Part shown: positions 56,301 to 64,000 of the stretch, piece after piece
How positions within the stretch are numbered: the stretch's first letter is position 1
Layout: each line of letters opens with the position of its first letter
Virus record (IMG/VR): IMGVR_UViG_3300012988_000001
Location: 246,414-310,413 of that record
Length of the DNA: 64,000 bases
Origin: a virus
Direction: 5' to 3' (one strand)
The notes under the pieces: generated by a model
Database searches by the model: none
What the model saw: only the letters and a program-made list of their open reading frames with translations
Told to the model about the DNA's origin: nothing
Program-made: the position numbers and the translations under genes

Positions 56301-56693
56301 ATGCTTCATGACTTAATAGAGTTGTATTATTATATTAAGAATCTCGATAAGATTGATAACGCAATATATAGTTGGCGTTTTGAAACATGTGGCATATTAC
56401 ATTATCTGGATTTGAAACAGGTAATGAATCCTCACACTGGTGAGATATATCTTGCCATCAAATTATATGTAACATCACAGGATTCAAATTTTAAGAGTTC
56501 TAGTATTCGAGTTGATCCTAATCGAGTTGTATATAGAGATTCATATGCTCAATTATACACTACCAACCACGAAGGTGCTTTGACTGATGAGAATGCAGAT
56601 TATCTGTTAACTTGTCTCAGTACTGAAGAGGTTAACGCTATTGGTTGCATCTATGATGAAATCAATGCTTTATATAAACGGAGTCGTGTATGA
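56301..56693 (+). CDS. FQ-family variant protein
   Basis: C-terminus ...CLSTEEVNAIGCIYDEINALYKRS. Same N-terminal LI.LYYYIK start as the next ORF. Confidence 0.4.
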   Translation: MLHDLIELYYYIKNLDKIDNAIYSWRFETCGILHYLDLKQVMNPHTGEIYLAIKLYVTSQDSNFKSSSIRVDPNRVVYRDSYAQLYTTNHEGALTDENADYLLTCLSTEEVNAIGCIYDEINALYKRSRV

Positions 56694-57088
56694 TCCAAGA
56701 CTTAATTGATGTTTATTATTACATTAAAAGCGTTGATGACCTTCAAGACCTTGAGGGTTGGGCATTTACTGCCGCCACGTCATCCCATGCGATAACAATT
56801 GTCCCAACGTGGAATGCAACGTATACTGATCGTAAATGGGAAATTAAAATAACCACTGGTAACATAAATGATTATCGGTGGATTTTTTTGACCAAAAATC
56901 AGGTAGAAGTATTCCATTACTGGAAATATCGTTACGCAATATCAATTCCCGGATTAATCACCGAGAATGAATCTGATATGTTGATGAAATTCATCAGTAC
57001 TAATGAGATTTCTATTATAAATCAGATCTTACTTGAAATGCGTAAATTAGAGAACAGGAGCGTTCCTTATGAACGAACTAAATCGTAA
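56690..57088 (+). CDS. FQ-family variant protein (paralog of 56301 gene: MIQDLIDVYYYIKSVDDL vs MLHDLIELYYYIKNLDKI)
   Basis: Read directly. Confidence 0.4.
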   Translation: MIQDLIDVYYYIKSVDDLQDLEGWAFTAATSSHAITIVPTWNATYTDRKWEIKITTGNINDYRWIFLTKNQVEVFHYWKYRYAISIPGLITENESDMLMKFISTNEISIINQILLEMRKLENRSVPYERTKS

Positions 57089-57584
57089 TAGAGATTACTT
57101 CAAACTATTGGCTGAAGAGTTTAGCCATGATATGATTGATGTTCTTTCTGATGAACCGTGTTTTACTGTTGACTTTTGGAATGGGGAAGAGTATGATTTT
57201 AACATCATAGACAACCAAAGTTATCTCCGTGACTATTGTCCGAATTTCACAGGTGACGTTCATCTCTTTACAAACAAGATCCATGTATGTTATACTCCTG
57301 ATAACGGCGACATTGAATTGCGTGAGATGTTCCACTTCAATACGTCCGAGTACGGTGTACCGTCCGAGTACTGCAAAGATGAGATTCATGATAGTGATGC
57401 AAATATTATCATTATCAAGAAAGATACTTTCTGGTACAATGACGAAGAGTACAGAATGGGAAGTACAGAAGAAGAACGTTTCCAACTTTCCTGTACTGAT
57501 TTGGGGTACTTCATTGAAGTACTAAATGAAGTGAAACGTTTTATCCTAGAGGATATTGAAGATCATGGAAAACCAGAAGTATAA
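57069..57584 (+). CDS. FQ-motif family protein
   Basis: ...MGSTEEERFQLSCTDLGYFIEVLNEVKRF. Confidence 0.5.
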   Translation: MNELNRNRDYFKLLAEEFSHDMIDVLSDEPCFTVDFWNGEEYDFNIIDNQSYLRDYCPNFTGDVHLFTNKIHVCYTPDNGDIELREMFHFNTSEYGVPSEYCKDEIHDSDANIIIIKKDTFWYNDEEYRMGSTEEERFQLSCTDLGYFIEVLNEVKRFILEDIEDHGKPEV

Positions 57585-57984
57585 AGAAATGTTTCAAAAT
57601 ATGCTATTTGATGCAGACTTCGAATTCGGCTTTGTAAGCGGTTCTAATTATAAGTTCTTCATCAAGGCGGCTGGCTATCGCATCACTTGGGATCGTTTGG
57701 CACATACTATCGAATTGCCATCCCTTGATGAAGCAGGTTCAGTACGAACGAATGCTAAATCTTCGCATGGCATGACTCCTGCACAAATGGTCAACCTATT
57801 AAAAGGTCAGTCAACTAAGCAGGAGTACTACATCCCTACTTCACAAGAAGACGAGTTCCAAGCTAGTACTGCTAGGGTTGGTAACATATTACCATTTGTG
57901 TTAGTAGAACATCTTGAACGCTTACTTAGTGTTGCACAGGAATGTATTTCTCGGTACTCAATTGATGAGAGGAAGTATAAATGA
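57556..57984 (+). CDS. FQ-motif family protein
   Basis: ...IPTSQEDEFQASTARVGNILPFVLVEHLERLL. Confidence 0.45.
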   Translation: MKIMENQKYKEMFQNMLFDADFEFGFVSGSNYKFFIKAAGYRITWDRLAHTIELPSLDEAGSVRTNAKSSHGMTPAQMVNLLKGQSTKQEYYIPTSQEDEFQASTARVGNILPFVLVEHLERLLSVAQECISRYSIDERKYK

Positions 57985-58241
57985 AAGATGCACACGGCAT
58001 TGAGATTACAGAAGGTTGTACTCTCATGTTCGCACAGCGTGAACCAGACAAATGGAATCCACGTGATATGATTTTCCGTAAAGTAGAGAAGATTGATCCC
58101 GCCTTTGGTGGTCGTATCATCTTTGAAGACAAAAACCAAAATAGCATTGCTTACAAGCAAAACATCACAACTCTCCGTGTAGTATCGGAAAGTTTTGTAA
58201 AGGCTTGGGAAAGTGGTGAATTGTTTATGAGGGAATTCTAA
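57981..58241 (+). CDS. hypothetical protein
   Basis: ORF. Confidence 0.4.
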   Translation: MKDAHGIEITEGCTLMFAQREPDKWNPRDMIFRKVEKIDPAFGGRIIFEDKNQNSIAYKQNITTLRVVSESFVKAWESGELFMREF

Positions 58242-58483
58242 TGAGTAATAAGTACTTTGTACGTTATAGTTACAATGTAACCAACAAGGTTCCACGTGGT
58301 GATGGTCTTGGTTGGGGTTATGAAACTGAACAAGTGACCGATTCTTGTGTATGTGAAATCGATCCAGAGCATATTGATATATCTGAAGTACGTCATACTG
58401 TACTTCGTTATGAACTCAATTATTTGGGTGAACGTAAACCAGATGCATATGATATTGATATTTTAGTACTGAATAAACTATGA
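58241..58483 (+). CDS. hypothetical protein
   Basis: ORF. Confidence 0.4.
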   Translation: MSNKYFVRYSYNVTNKVPRGDGLGWGYETEQVTDSCVCEIDPEHIDISEVRHTVLRYELNYLGERKPDAYDIDILVLNKL

Positions 58484-58653
58484 TTAACTATATCTTTCGT
58501 GTAAGGGGTAAAGGTATTGTTCCCGGATTGACAGTTGTTCGTGCGTACACTGCAACTGATGCTCGTGAAATGCTACTAGCTGAATTCAGCAAGCCCGAAG
58601 ACGTTACGATCACTTTGGTTGAATGTAGTCAAGAATTATCGTTTTTAAACTAG
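58483..58653 (+). CDS. small hypothetical protein (56 aa)
   Basis: ATGA overlap. Under 60 aa, so not in the ORF track. Confidence 0.3.
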   Translation: MNYIFRVRGKGIVPGLTVVRAYTATDAREMLLAEFSKPEDVTITLVECSQELSFLN

Positions 58654-58754
58654 GACATATTGCGTGATCTGGTTTTATCGTGTAGAATGAGGCTAAAATC
58701 ATTTGTAAATGCGTTAGAAGCGGAGTCGGGGTTGAATTCCCCGAATGTCCACCA
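58653..58754 (+). other. long (102 nt) tRNA-like element. It has acceptor GGACATA/AATGTCC, T-arm cggggttgaattccccg, CCA. An internal stem-loop aatga-ggctaaa-tcatt would present CUA
   Basis: Read directly. Too long for a standard tRNA and the D-arm is unclear. Confidence 0.3.
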
Positions 58755-58756
58755 CC

Positions 58757-58844
58757 GGGAGAGTGATGGAAAGGCATACATAGGCATCTCCAGTGTCTTA
58801 GTCTTGATGACAATGCAAGGTTCGAGTCCTTGTCTCTCCCACCA
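58757..58844 (+). other. tRNA-like element (acceptor GGGAGAG/CTCTCCC, T-arm caaggttcgagtccttg plus 1 nt, CCA)
   Basis: Read directly. The anticodon arm was not resolved. Confidence 0.3.
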
Positions 58845-58992
58845 AACAATAATACCTATCATCTAATATCAGTACTGGTGGCGTGTCGTCGAGGACGATG
58901 GACAGTACTGACAGGATACCTCGTTCGCCAGCAGTGGGTTCGGGGGATGTACGTAAAGTCGTGCTGGGTATGCCAAATTATTTAAAAAACTT

Positions 58993-59021
58993 GGGACAAA
59001 ACATGAATTTTGTCCTATAAT
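58993..59021 (+). promoter_or_regulatory. class B promoter with GGACAAAAC/GTTTTGTCC palindrome (near-duplicate of 30335)
   Basis: ttgggacaaaacatgaattttgtcctataat. Confidence 0.65.
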
Positions 59022-59041
59022 ATACGTACAAGAGGAAATGA

Positions 59042-59258
59042 TATGAAAGCTAAAAACCTGCTGGCGATGTTACAAAACAACCCAGAAGCTGAAATTATTA
59101 TGCGTGAGCAAGGCTACGAAGTTGATGCGTTCAACGAAGTGTCCACCGCTCATTTGTACCGCCAAGGTGATGTTGTTTTTGAACGTGGTGAAAACTTCAC
59201 TGATTTCATCGATGATGAAACCGCAGAGGCTTTAGTCGATATCATCGTCCTATCATAA
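59042..59258 (+). CDS. ELI-family small protein
   Basis: MKAKNLLAMLQNNPEAEIIMREQ. Confidence 0.4.
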
Positions 59259-59292
59259 ATTGTAAATTTGCTAATTGGAGAATCCAAAGAAT

Positions 59293-59874
59293 ATGAAATT
59301 AACCCTACGTAAAGCTCATCGTTTAGTTAAAGACCTACAGAACAAGTTAGGTGTTCGTAATGTTTCCAAGAACATTCACCACAGTGCTGACCTTGCTGAA
59401 GTAACAGCAACCATTGCACTTGTCGAAGGTCTAAACCGTGCTAGTGTTGAACAAACCCTAGACGTAGCAACAGCGATTAGTGAAATCCGTGCAGCAGTAC
59501 AAGTACTAAACGCTCGTGACGTAGATGGTGATACCATCGATTCTCTACTAAACGCTAAGGTTCTAGTAGAAACCAAGATGAAAGTACTTTCATCATTCGC
59601 GTATCCTACACAGCAGGATCAAGAAGGCCGTGAACTAGCGATTCGTCGCCAAGTTTCTGACGTTGCGAAACACGCTGGCTCAGGCATGTACCACAACGAA
59701 GTAACTGTTAGTGGTCACAGTGTTGATTCACATACCCTATTCAATGAACAGTACGTTGCATTGAAACAGGAACAAGAACGCATTAGCGATAAGCTAGCGT
59801 ACATCAATAACGCTCTACACGTAGAGATTGATGACAAGTATCTTGAACTATTCAAGACACTACAAGTTTTATAA
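59293..59874 (+). CDS. hypothetical protein
   Basis: GGAGA RBS. The ORF track start at 59275 is a TTG codon. Confidence 0.45.
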   Translation: MKLTLRKAHRLVKDLQNKLGVRNVSKNIHHSADLAEVTATIALVEGLNRASVEQTLDVATAISEIRAAVQVLNARDVDGDTIDSLLNAKVLVETKMKVLSSFAYPTQQDQEGRELAIRRQVSDVAKHAGSGMYHNEVTVSGHSVDSHTLFNEQYVALKQEQERISDKLAYINNALHVEIDDKYLELFKTLQVL

Positions 59875-60156
59875 GGTAGCTTAACCGCTGACCTCCCTTT
59901 ACCGAAAGGGCATATAGATGTTAAATCTATACTTTACATGGTATGAAAGATTGTCTGAGGACACTTTTTCGAATAAAGAGTTTGCTGCCATCTACACTAT
60001 TTTACAGATTATTTCTTGCTTGTTTGTGAAATGGCTTAACTCGATTGTCCGGTTGCTATGTTGCATGTTTGCATTGTTGCTTCGCTCTTTCGGTAACGTA
60101 TCTTGGTCCCGTTCTGATGTAAATAGAATGGGACACCCTATTAATTTAAACACGAG

Positions 60157-60732
60157 GTGCTTATGAATCTTGAGAAGTTTAATCCAAAGAAAGTAAAAGA
60201 CCTACCATTGCGAAAGTATAATCTAATGCTTCTGGATGGACGATATATGCAGTGTATGGAATTGGAATATGTTGAAGACGGTCCAATGACACAAACTGTT
60301 TATTACTTTGTTAGTACTGACAGGCAAACGAAAGTAACACCGAAAGAGGTTGAATCGTTTTGTCGCTATATTCATTTTGATTATGTAGCAGTTGGTAATG
60401 GATTTGCTCTCACTAAAAACGGTTCAAAGATATTTCGTGAAAACGTGTATGGTGTAATTGAAAACGAACAATATGCACAGCACTTCATTATTAATATGAA
60501 CAATAACGCAAACACTTACACTCCTGATACAATTCATCGTAATGATATCGTTGAATGTATTGACGGTCATTTCTACAATGGTGATAAAGCCATTGTTACT
60601 GAAGTACGCAAACCGTATGATGTAGAAGACCACGGAACCGTTGAAGTGTATATGCTTGATAAGAAGTTTTTTGAGCACTTCACTTACACCGGATGGAATC
60701 AATTCTTGAAGGTGGTGGAAAAATACGACTAA
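60157..60732 (+). CDS. hypothetical protein
   Basis: ORF. Confidence 0.45.
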   Translation: MLMNLEKFNPKKVKDLPLRKYNLMLLDGRYMQCMELEYVEDGPMTQTVYYFVSTDRQTKVTPKEVESFCRYIHFDYVAVGNGFALTKNGSKIFRENVYGVIENEQYAQHFIINMNNNANTYTPDTIHRNDIVECIDGHFYNGDKAIVTEVRKPYDVEDHGTVEVYMLDKKFFEHFTYTGWNQFLKVVEKYD

Positions 60733-60764
60733 TGTACTAAATACTCCTTTAAGTAGGAGTAAAT

Positions 60765-61115
60765 ATGTTCAGTACACATCTTAAAGTTGAACTAATAAAC
60801 AACAAAGGTAAGAAATGGAAAGTACTAGAGGACTTGACATACCATAGCGATTACGGTATGATCACTGTGCCAAAAGACTTCCAGACTGACTTTGCTAGCG
60901 TCCCTCGTATCCCTGTGGTTTTCGAACTTGTAGGTGACAGAGGCCACGCAGCAGCAACCGTACACGATTGGTTATACCAACATGGTGACCTATCGAGGAA
61001 GCAAGCCGATTTAGTACTTCGTCAAGCATTACGCGATACGAATGTAGGAAAGGCTAGATCGTATGTAATGTACTATGGAGTACGTGCATTCGGATGGTTG
61101 TTCTTCAAAAAATAA
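60765..61115 (+). CDS. DUF1353-like protein
   Basis: ITVPKDFQTDFASVPR...AATVHDWLY pattern typical of DUF1353. Confidence 0.4.
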   Translation: MFSTHLKVELINNKGKKWKVLEDLTYHSDYGMITVPKDFQTDFASVPRIPVVFELVGDRGHAAATVHDWLYQHGDLSRKQADLVLRQALRDTNVGKARSYVMYYGVRAFGWLFFKK

Positions 61116-61296
61116 AGTTAGAGCGGTTGTAGCCAGTACAGGGCAGTACGTAGGAGTAGTGACCTATTAGTATCCTGTGGTCTTAATAGACTTTCACGAG
61201 GTCAGTACATACGTTAGTCACTTTTCGTATGTAGGAATAAAGCTGATAAAAAATGAGTAAGTATACCATTCACTGGTTAGGGTGGGCTTACGTCTT

Positions 61297-61372
61297 GCGG
61301 TAGTAGCTCAGATGGTAGAGCGGGAGTTTTCCAAACTTCAGGTCTTCGGTTCGAAACCGAATTATCGCTCCA
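61297..61372 (+). tRNA. tRNA-Gly (anticodon TCC)
   Basis: Acceptor GCGGTAG/TTATCGC (with G-U pairs), D-arm tagctcagatggtagagc, anticodon stem-loop ggagt-tttccaa-acttc, T-arm ttcggttcgaaaccgaa, CCA. Confidence 0.75.
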
Positions 61373-61383
61373 CGAGGTAAAAT

Positions 61384-61932
61384 ATGTATAATAAGAAGAT
61401 AGAAATATCTGGCATTAACAATGGTTACCAATATTTTATTGATTATGAACATCCATTAGCAACCGGAAATTCAGGAAGGGTGTATTTACACCGTCACATC
61501 GCATCAATTAAAATTAGTCGATGGGTTACTGGTAATGAACATGTTCACCATATTGATGAAAACAAACTTAATAATGATGAAGTTAATTTGGAAGTACTAT
61601 CAGATCTTGAACATCGTCGTTTACATTGGAAAGAAAGAAATAATTTGCCAGATGATTACGAATGGTTTGATTCTGAAATTATTCCATGTAATTGGTGCTC
61701 AGAATTATTTCAAACGAAATATAAAGATCACATGTATTGTTCTATTAGTTGCGGATCATTAGCACAACCACAAAAATTCCCAATTGATAAAGATATATTA
61801 TCCGAATTGATTTGGAAAATGCCAGCCACTGAGATAGCCAAAATATATGGTTGCTCTGATAAAACCATCGGTAAAAAATGTAACCGATATAATATAACCA
61901 AACCACCACGCGGTTATTGGTTGCGTAAATAA
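61384..61932 (+). CDS. HNH homing endonuclease
   Basis: ...NEHVHHIDENKLNNDEVNLEVLSDLEHRRLH HNH motif. C-terminal Cys pairs. Confidence 0.7.
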   Translation: MYNKKIEISGINNGYQYFIDYEHPLATGNSGRVYLHRHIASIKISRWVTGNEHVHHIDENKLNNDEVNLEVLSDLEHRRLHWKERNNLPDDYEWFDSEIIPCNWCSELFQTKYKDHMYCSISCGSLAQPQKFPIDKDILSELIWKMPATEIAKIYGCSDKTIGKKCNRYNITKPPRGYWLRK

Positions 61933-61945
61933 CAGGAGAATACAA

Positions 61946-62203
61946 ATGAAGTTTTCCAAGATTTTAGAAGAATTACAAGCGTCATGGAAAAATGGCGTAT
62001 ACGTTGACCTTCCAGAGTACCGCAGTAATGAACGCATTTATGTTCATCGCAGTGGTAAACTCTTCCACGTTAAATCACAATACGGAGGTCCATTGTGGTG
62101 TATTCCAACTGAATTAACCAGCTACGAGAAGGAAGACAGCCGTTGGCAAGTCAACCCACTTCAAAGCAACAAACTACCAGAGAAATTCTCTGAAGGTTGG
62201 TAA
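61946..62203 (+). CDS. hypothetical protein
   Basis: ORF. Confidence 0.4.
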   Translation: MKFSKILEELQASWKNGVYVDLPEYRSNERIYVHRSGKLFHVKSQYGGPLWCIPTELTSYEKEDSRWQVNPLQSNKLPEKFSEGW

Positions 62204-62269
62204 CAGATCTCTCCCGGCAGTGATGATATATTACAAAAGCTGCCATCCCCATAACGTAAGTTATGTTTT

Positions 62270-62304
62270 GCCGATAGTATGATCATCTACTATCGGCTTT
62301 TTTC
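62270..62304 (+). terminator. rho-independent terminator
   Basis: gccgatagta-tgatcatc-tactatcggc plus ttttttc. Confidence 0.7.
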
Positions 62305-62321
62305 TTATCTGGAGAAAGAAA

Positions 62322-62810
62322 ATGAACACTAAGAATCTAGCAAAGTACGTAATGCGTAGATGTAAACTATTAAGTACTTTTAATGCTGACATGTGGAGTA
62401 ATAAGGTAGATAATAAATTCCATGCTGGACGTGTATTCAACACAGCTAAAATACCAGCAGGAACGGTGCGTCAATCCCTTTATATGAGTACTGACGGTAC
62501 TATCTATATGGGAATCCTTGATTGTGATCCGGGATTTGGGAATGATGAAATTGAACTAGATATTGAGTACAATTTCGATACTCGTGTTATTACCTTAAAT
62601 TATAATAACATTACTCTTCAAGAAGCATATGAAGACATGGAAGATGATGAAGAAGATTGCTTTACTGTTTCTTATGAACTTACTGATTCCGAAGCAGAGT
62701 ACTTCCAAACTAGCTTAGTTGAAGATCCTATGTTTGAATTTGAAGATGAATTAATGATGATTACATTCTTTGAAACAATTCGTGAACGTTTCTATAAGGT
62801 TAAATCATGA
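62322..62810 (+). CDS. FQ-motif family protein
   Basis: ...LTDSEAEYFQTSLVEDPMFEFEDELMMITFF. Confidence 0.5.
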   Translation: MNTKNLAKYVMRRCKLLSTFNADMWSNKVDNKFHAGRVFNTAKIPAGTVRQSLYMSTDGTIYMGILDCDPGFGNDEIELDIEYNFDTRVITLNYNNITLQEAYEDMEDDEEDCFTVSYELTDSEAEYFQTSLVEDPMFEFEDELMMITFFETIRERFYKVKS

Positions 62811-63316
62811 AGAATATTACAACACCAGATCGCAAGGCATTTGATTTGATTATGGGATTTATCGAAGATTACGATTGCTGTAATATGGCAACGTATGATT
62901 CAGTAATACACCACAATAACGCTCTAAACAATGAACAGTACTACAATTCTGAACGTACTGATATGCATTGTTTTAAATCTAGTCTTGGTAATCATCCATT
63001 AGAAGTAACACTAAAATTTGGAACACAGGAAGATATGAGTTTCCTCATCTATCCAAAGAATGAGAATGGTATACGTCTTATCAACTTCATGTACAATTTT
63101 GATGATGCTAATGGTGATGAAGAATGGTATGAGAAGTCAAACCATTGGTGGGCTGATTTTTGTATTGAATTGTATGATACAGAGGAAGAATACTTCCAAG
63201 CTAGTACGGTTGATGATCTACTTCTAACTCCAGAGGAAAACCAAATGTTTATTGATTTCAATAATGCATTTACCCAACATTTGATCAAACGCATAGGAGA
63301 AAAACACTATGGATAA
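62807..63316 (+). CDS. FQ-motif family protein
   Basis: ...LYDTEEEYFQASTVDDLLLTPEENQMFIDF. Confidence 0.5.
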   Translation: MKNITTPDRKAFDLIMGFIEDYDCCNMATYDSVIHHNNALNNEQYYNSERTDMHCFKSSLGNHPLEVTLKFGTQEDMSFLIYPKNENGIRLINFMYNFDDANGDEEWYEKSNHWWADFCIELYDTEEEYFQASTVDDLLLTPEENQMFIDFNNAFTQHLIKRIGEKHYG

Positions 63317-63533
63317 TCAACACCGTAAAATTACAGGCTATCGTGAACTAAGTGCAGAAGAGATTGCACTCATGAATGAAGTCAAAGAAATGAGTGCTCA
63401 AGTAGGGCAGTTAATTGAGAAACTACACTCAACCCCAGACGTTGACAAACGCTGGCTAAATATTGCCAAGACAGATTTACAGAAAGGCTTCATGAGTGCT
63501 GTACGCAGCGTTGCAAAGCCTGATTCATTCTAA
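63309..63533 (+). CDS. hypothetical protein
   Basis: ORF. Confidence 0.4.
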   Translation: MDNQHRKITGYRELSAEEIALMNEVKEMSAQVGQLIEKLHSTPDVDKRWLNIAKTDLQKGFMSAVRSVAKPDSF

Positions 63534-63542
63534 GGATAGAAT

Positions 63543-64000
63543 ATGGACAATTACGAACACACCCCCGGTGGTAAACCTTTTGACGATTTAGATGCGTATT
63601 TCGATGATGACCATCTATCAGAAGAAGATAAAAAACTACTTGCTGAACTAGATGCGATCGATGTTAATACAGCAGAACTAGCAGTAGAGTTTACCGACCG
63701 TGACCTAGTACATAATAGTATGCTAATGGGTCGTATGGCTAAACTAAAAGGCCACGCTAATAACGTAGACTGTTGCTCTTACACTTACGTAATCAACGTA
63801 TATCAGAAAGACCCCGCCGCAAGTACTTTTAAGTACACTCGTGTATATGAATTCGCTGATAATGTATCCATCTCTCTAATGGAACTATTCAGTACTCAAG
63901 GTTGTAACTTCATCAAGCGTAGTACCACACAGTGCTTTGGTGCTGATGAACTACATAACCCACACATTGAACTTGAACAACGTGCAGTTTATGTGTATGA
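63543..64000 (+). CDS. hypothetical protein (3' end beyond the window)
   Basis: ORF running to the window edge, with GGATAG RBS. Confidence 0.4.
   Translation, partial: MDNYEHTPGGKPFDDLDAYFDDDHLSEEDKKLLAELDAIDVNTAELAVEFTDRDLVHNSMLMGRMAKLKGHANNVDCCSYTYVINVYQKDPAASTFKYTRVYEFADNVSISLMELFSTQGCNFIKRSTTQCFGADELHNPHIELEQRAVYVY

Overview
The window is a densely packed segment of a large virulent dsDNA phage genome. It looks like a T4-distant or jumbo-type myovirus of a low-GC Gram-negative host. Almost all genes are on the + strand. Left end (1-14.4 kb): a replication module. It contains topoisomerase II large and medium subunits (T4 gp39/gp52-like), an RFC-like clamp loader (gp44-like), a possible sliding clamp, a GroES/gp31-like co-chaperonin and a HAD-family 5'-deoxyribonucleotidase. 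It also contains an unusual truncated DnaE-like fragment. Middle (14.4-52 kb): an early or host-takeover region. It consists of many short genes, each served by near-consensus sigma70 promoters (TTGACA-17-TATAAT) that often carry GC-rich palindromes, plus rho-independent terminators. Recognisable products there include a TelA-like protein, a DEDDh 3'-5' exonuclease, an ADP-ribosylglycohydrolase, a NADAR (YbiA-like) protein, a PTH2-type peptidyl-tRNA hydrolase and an SPFH/band-7 lipoprotein. There are also several very acidic small proteins and membrane proteins. Right part (27-62 kb, interleaved): a tRNA island. It has about 12 canonical tRNAs plus several atypical tRNA-like elements and five HNH homing-endonuclease genes, each directly next to a tRNA. 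A second, phage-specific promoter class (GGGACAAAAC-N-TGTGATATAAT) is found there. The most striking unexplained signal is a paralogous family of at least 18 small proteins, arranged in tandem arrays. Their N-terminal domains are divergent but they share a conserved C-terminal linear motif, [ST][ST]EE[DE]x[FY]FQxSTVxD, followed by an amphipathic helix. No CRISPR array, integrase or structural or lysis module is evident in this window.
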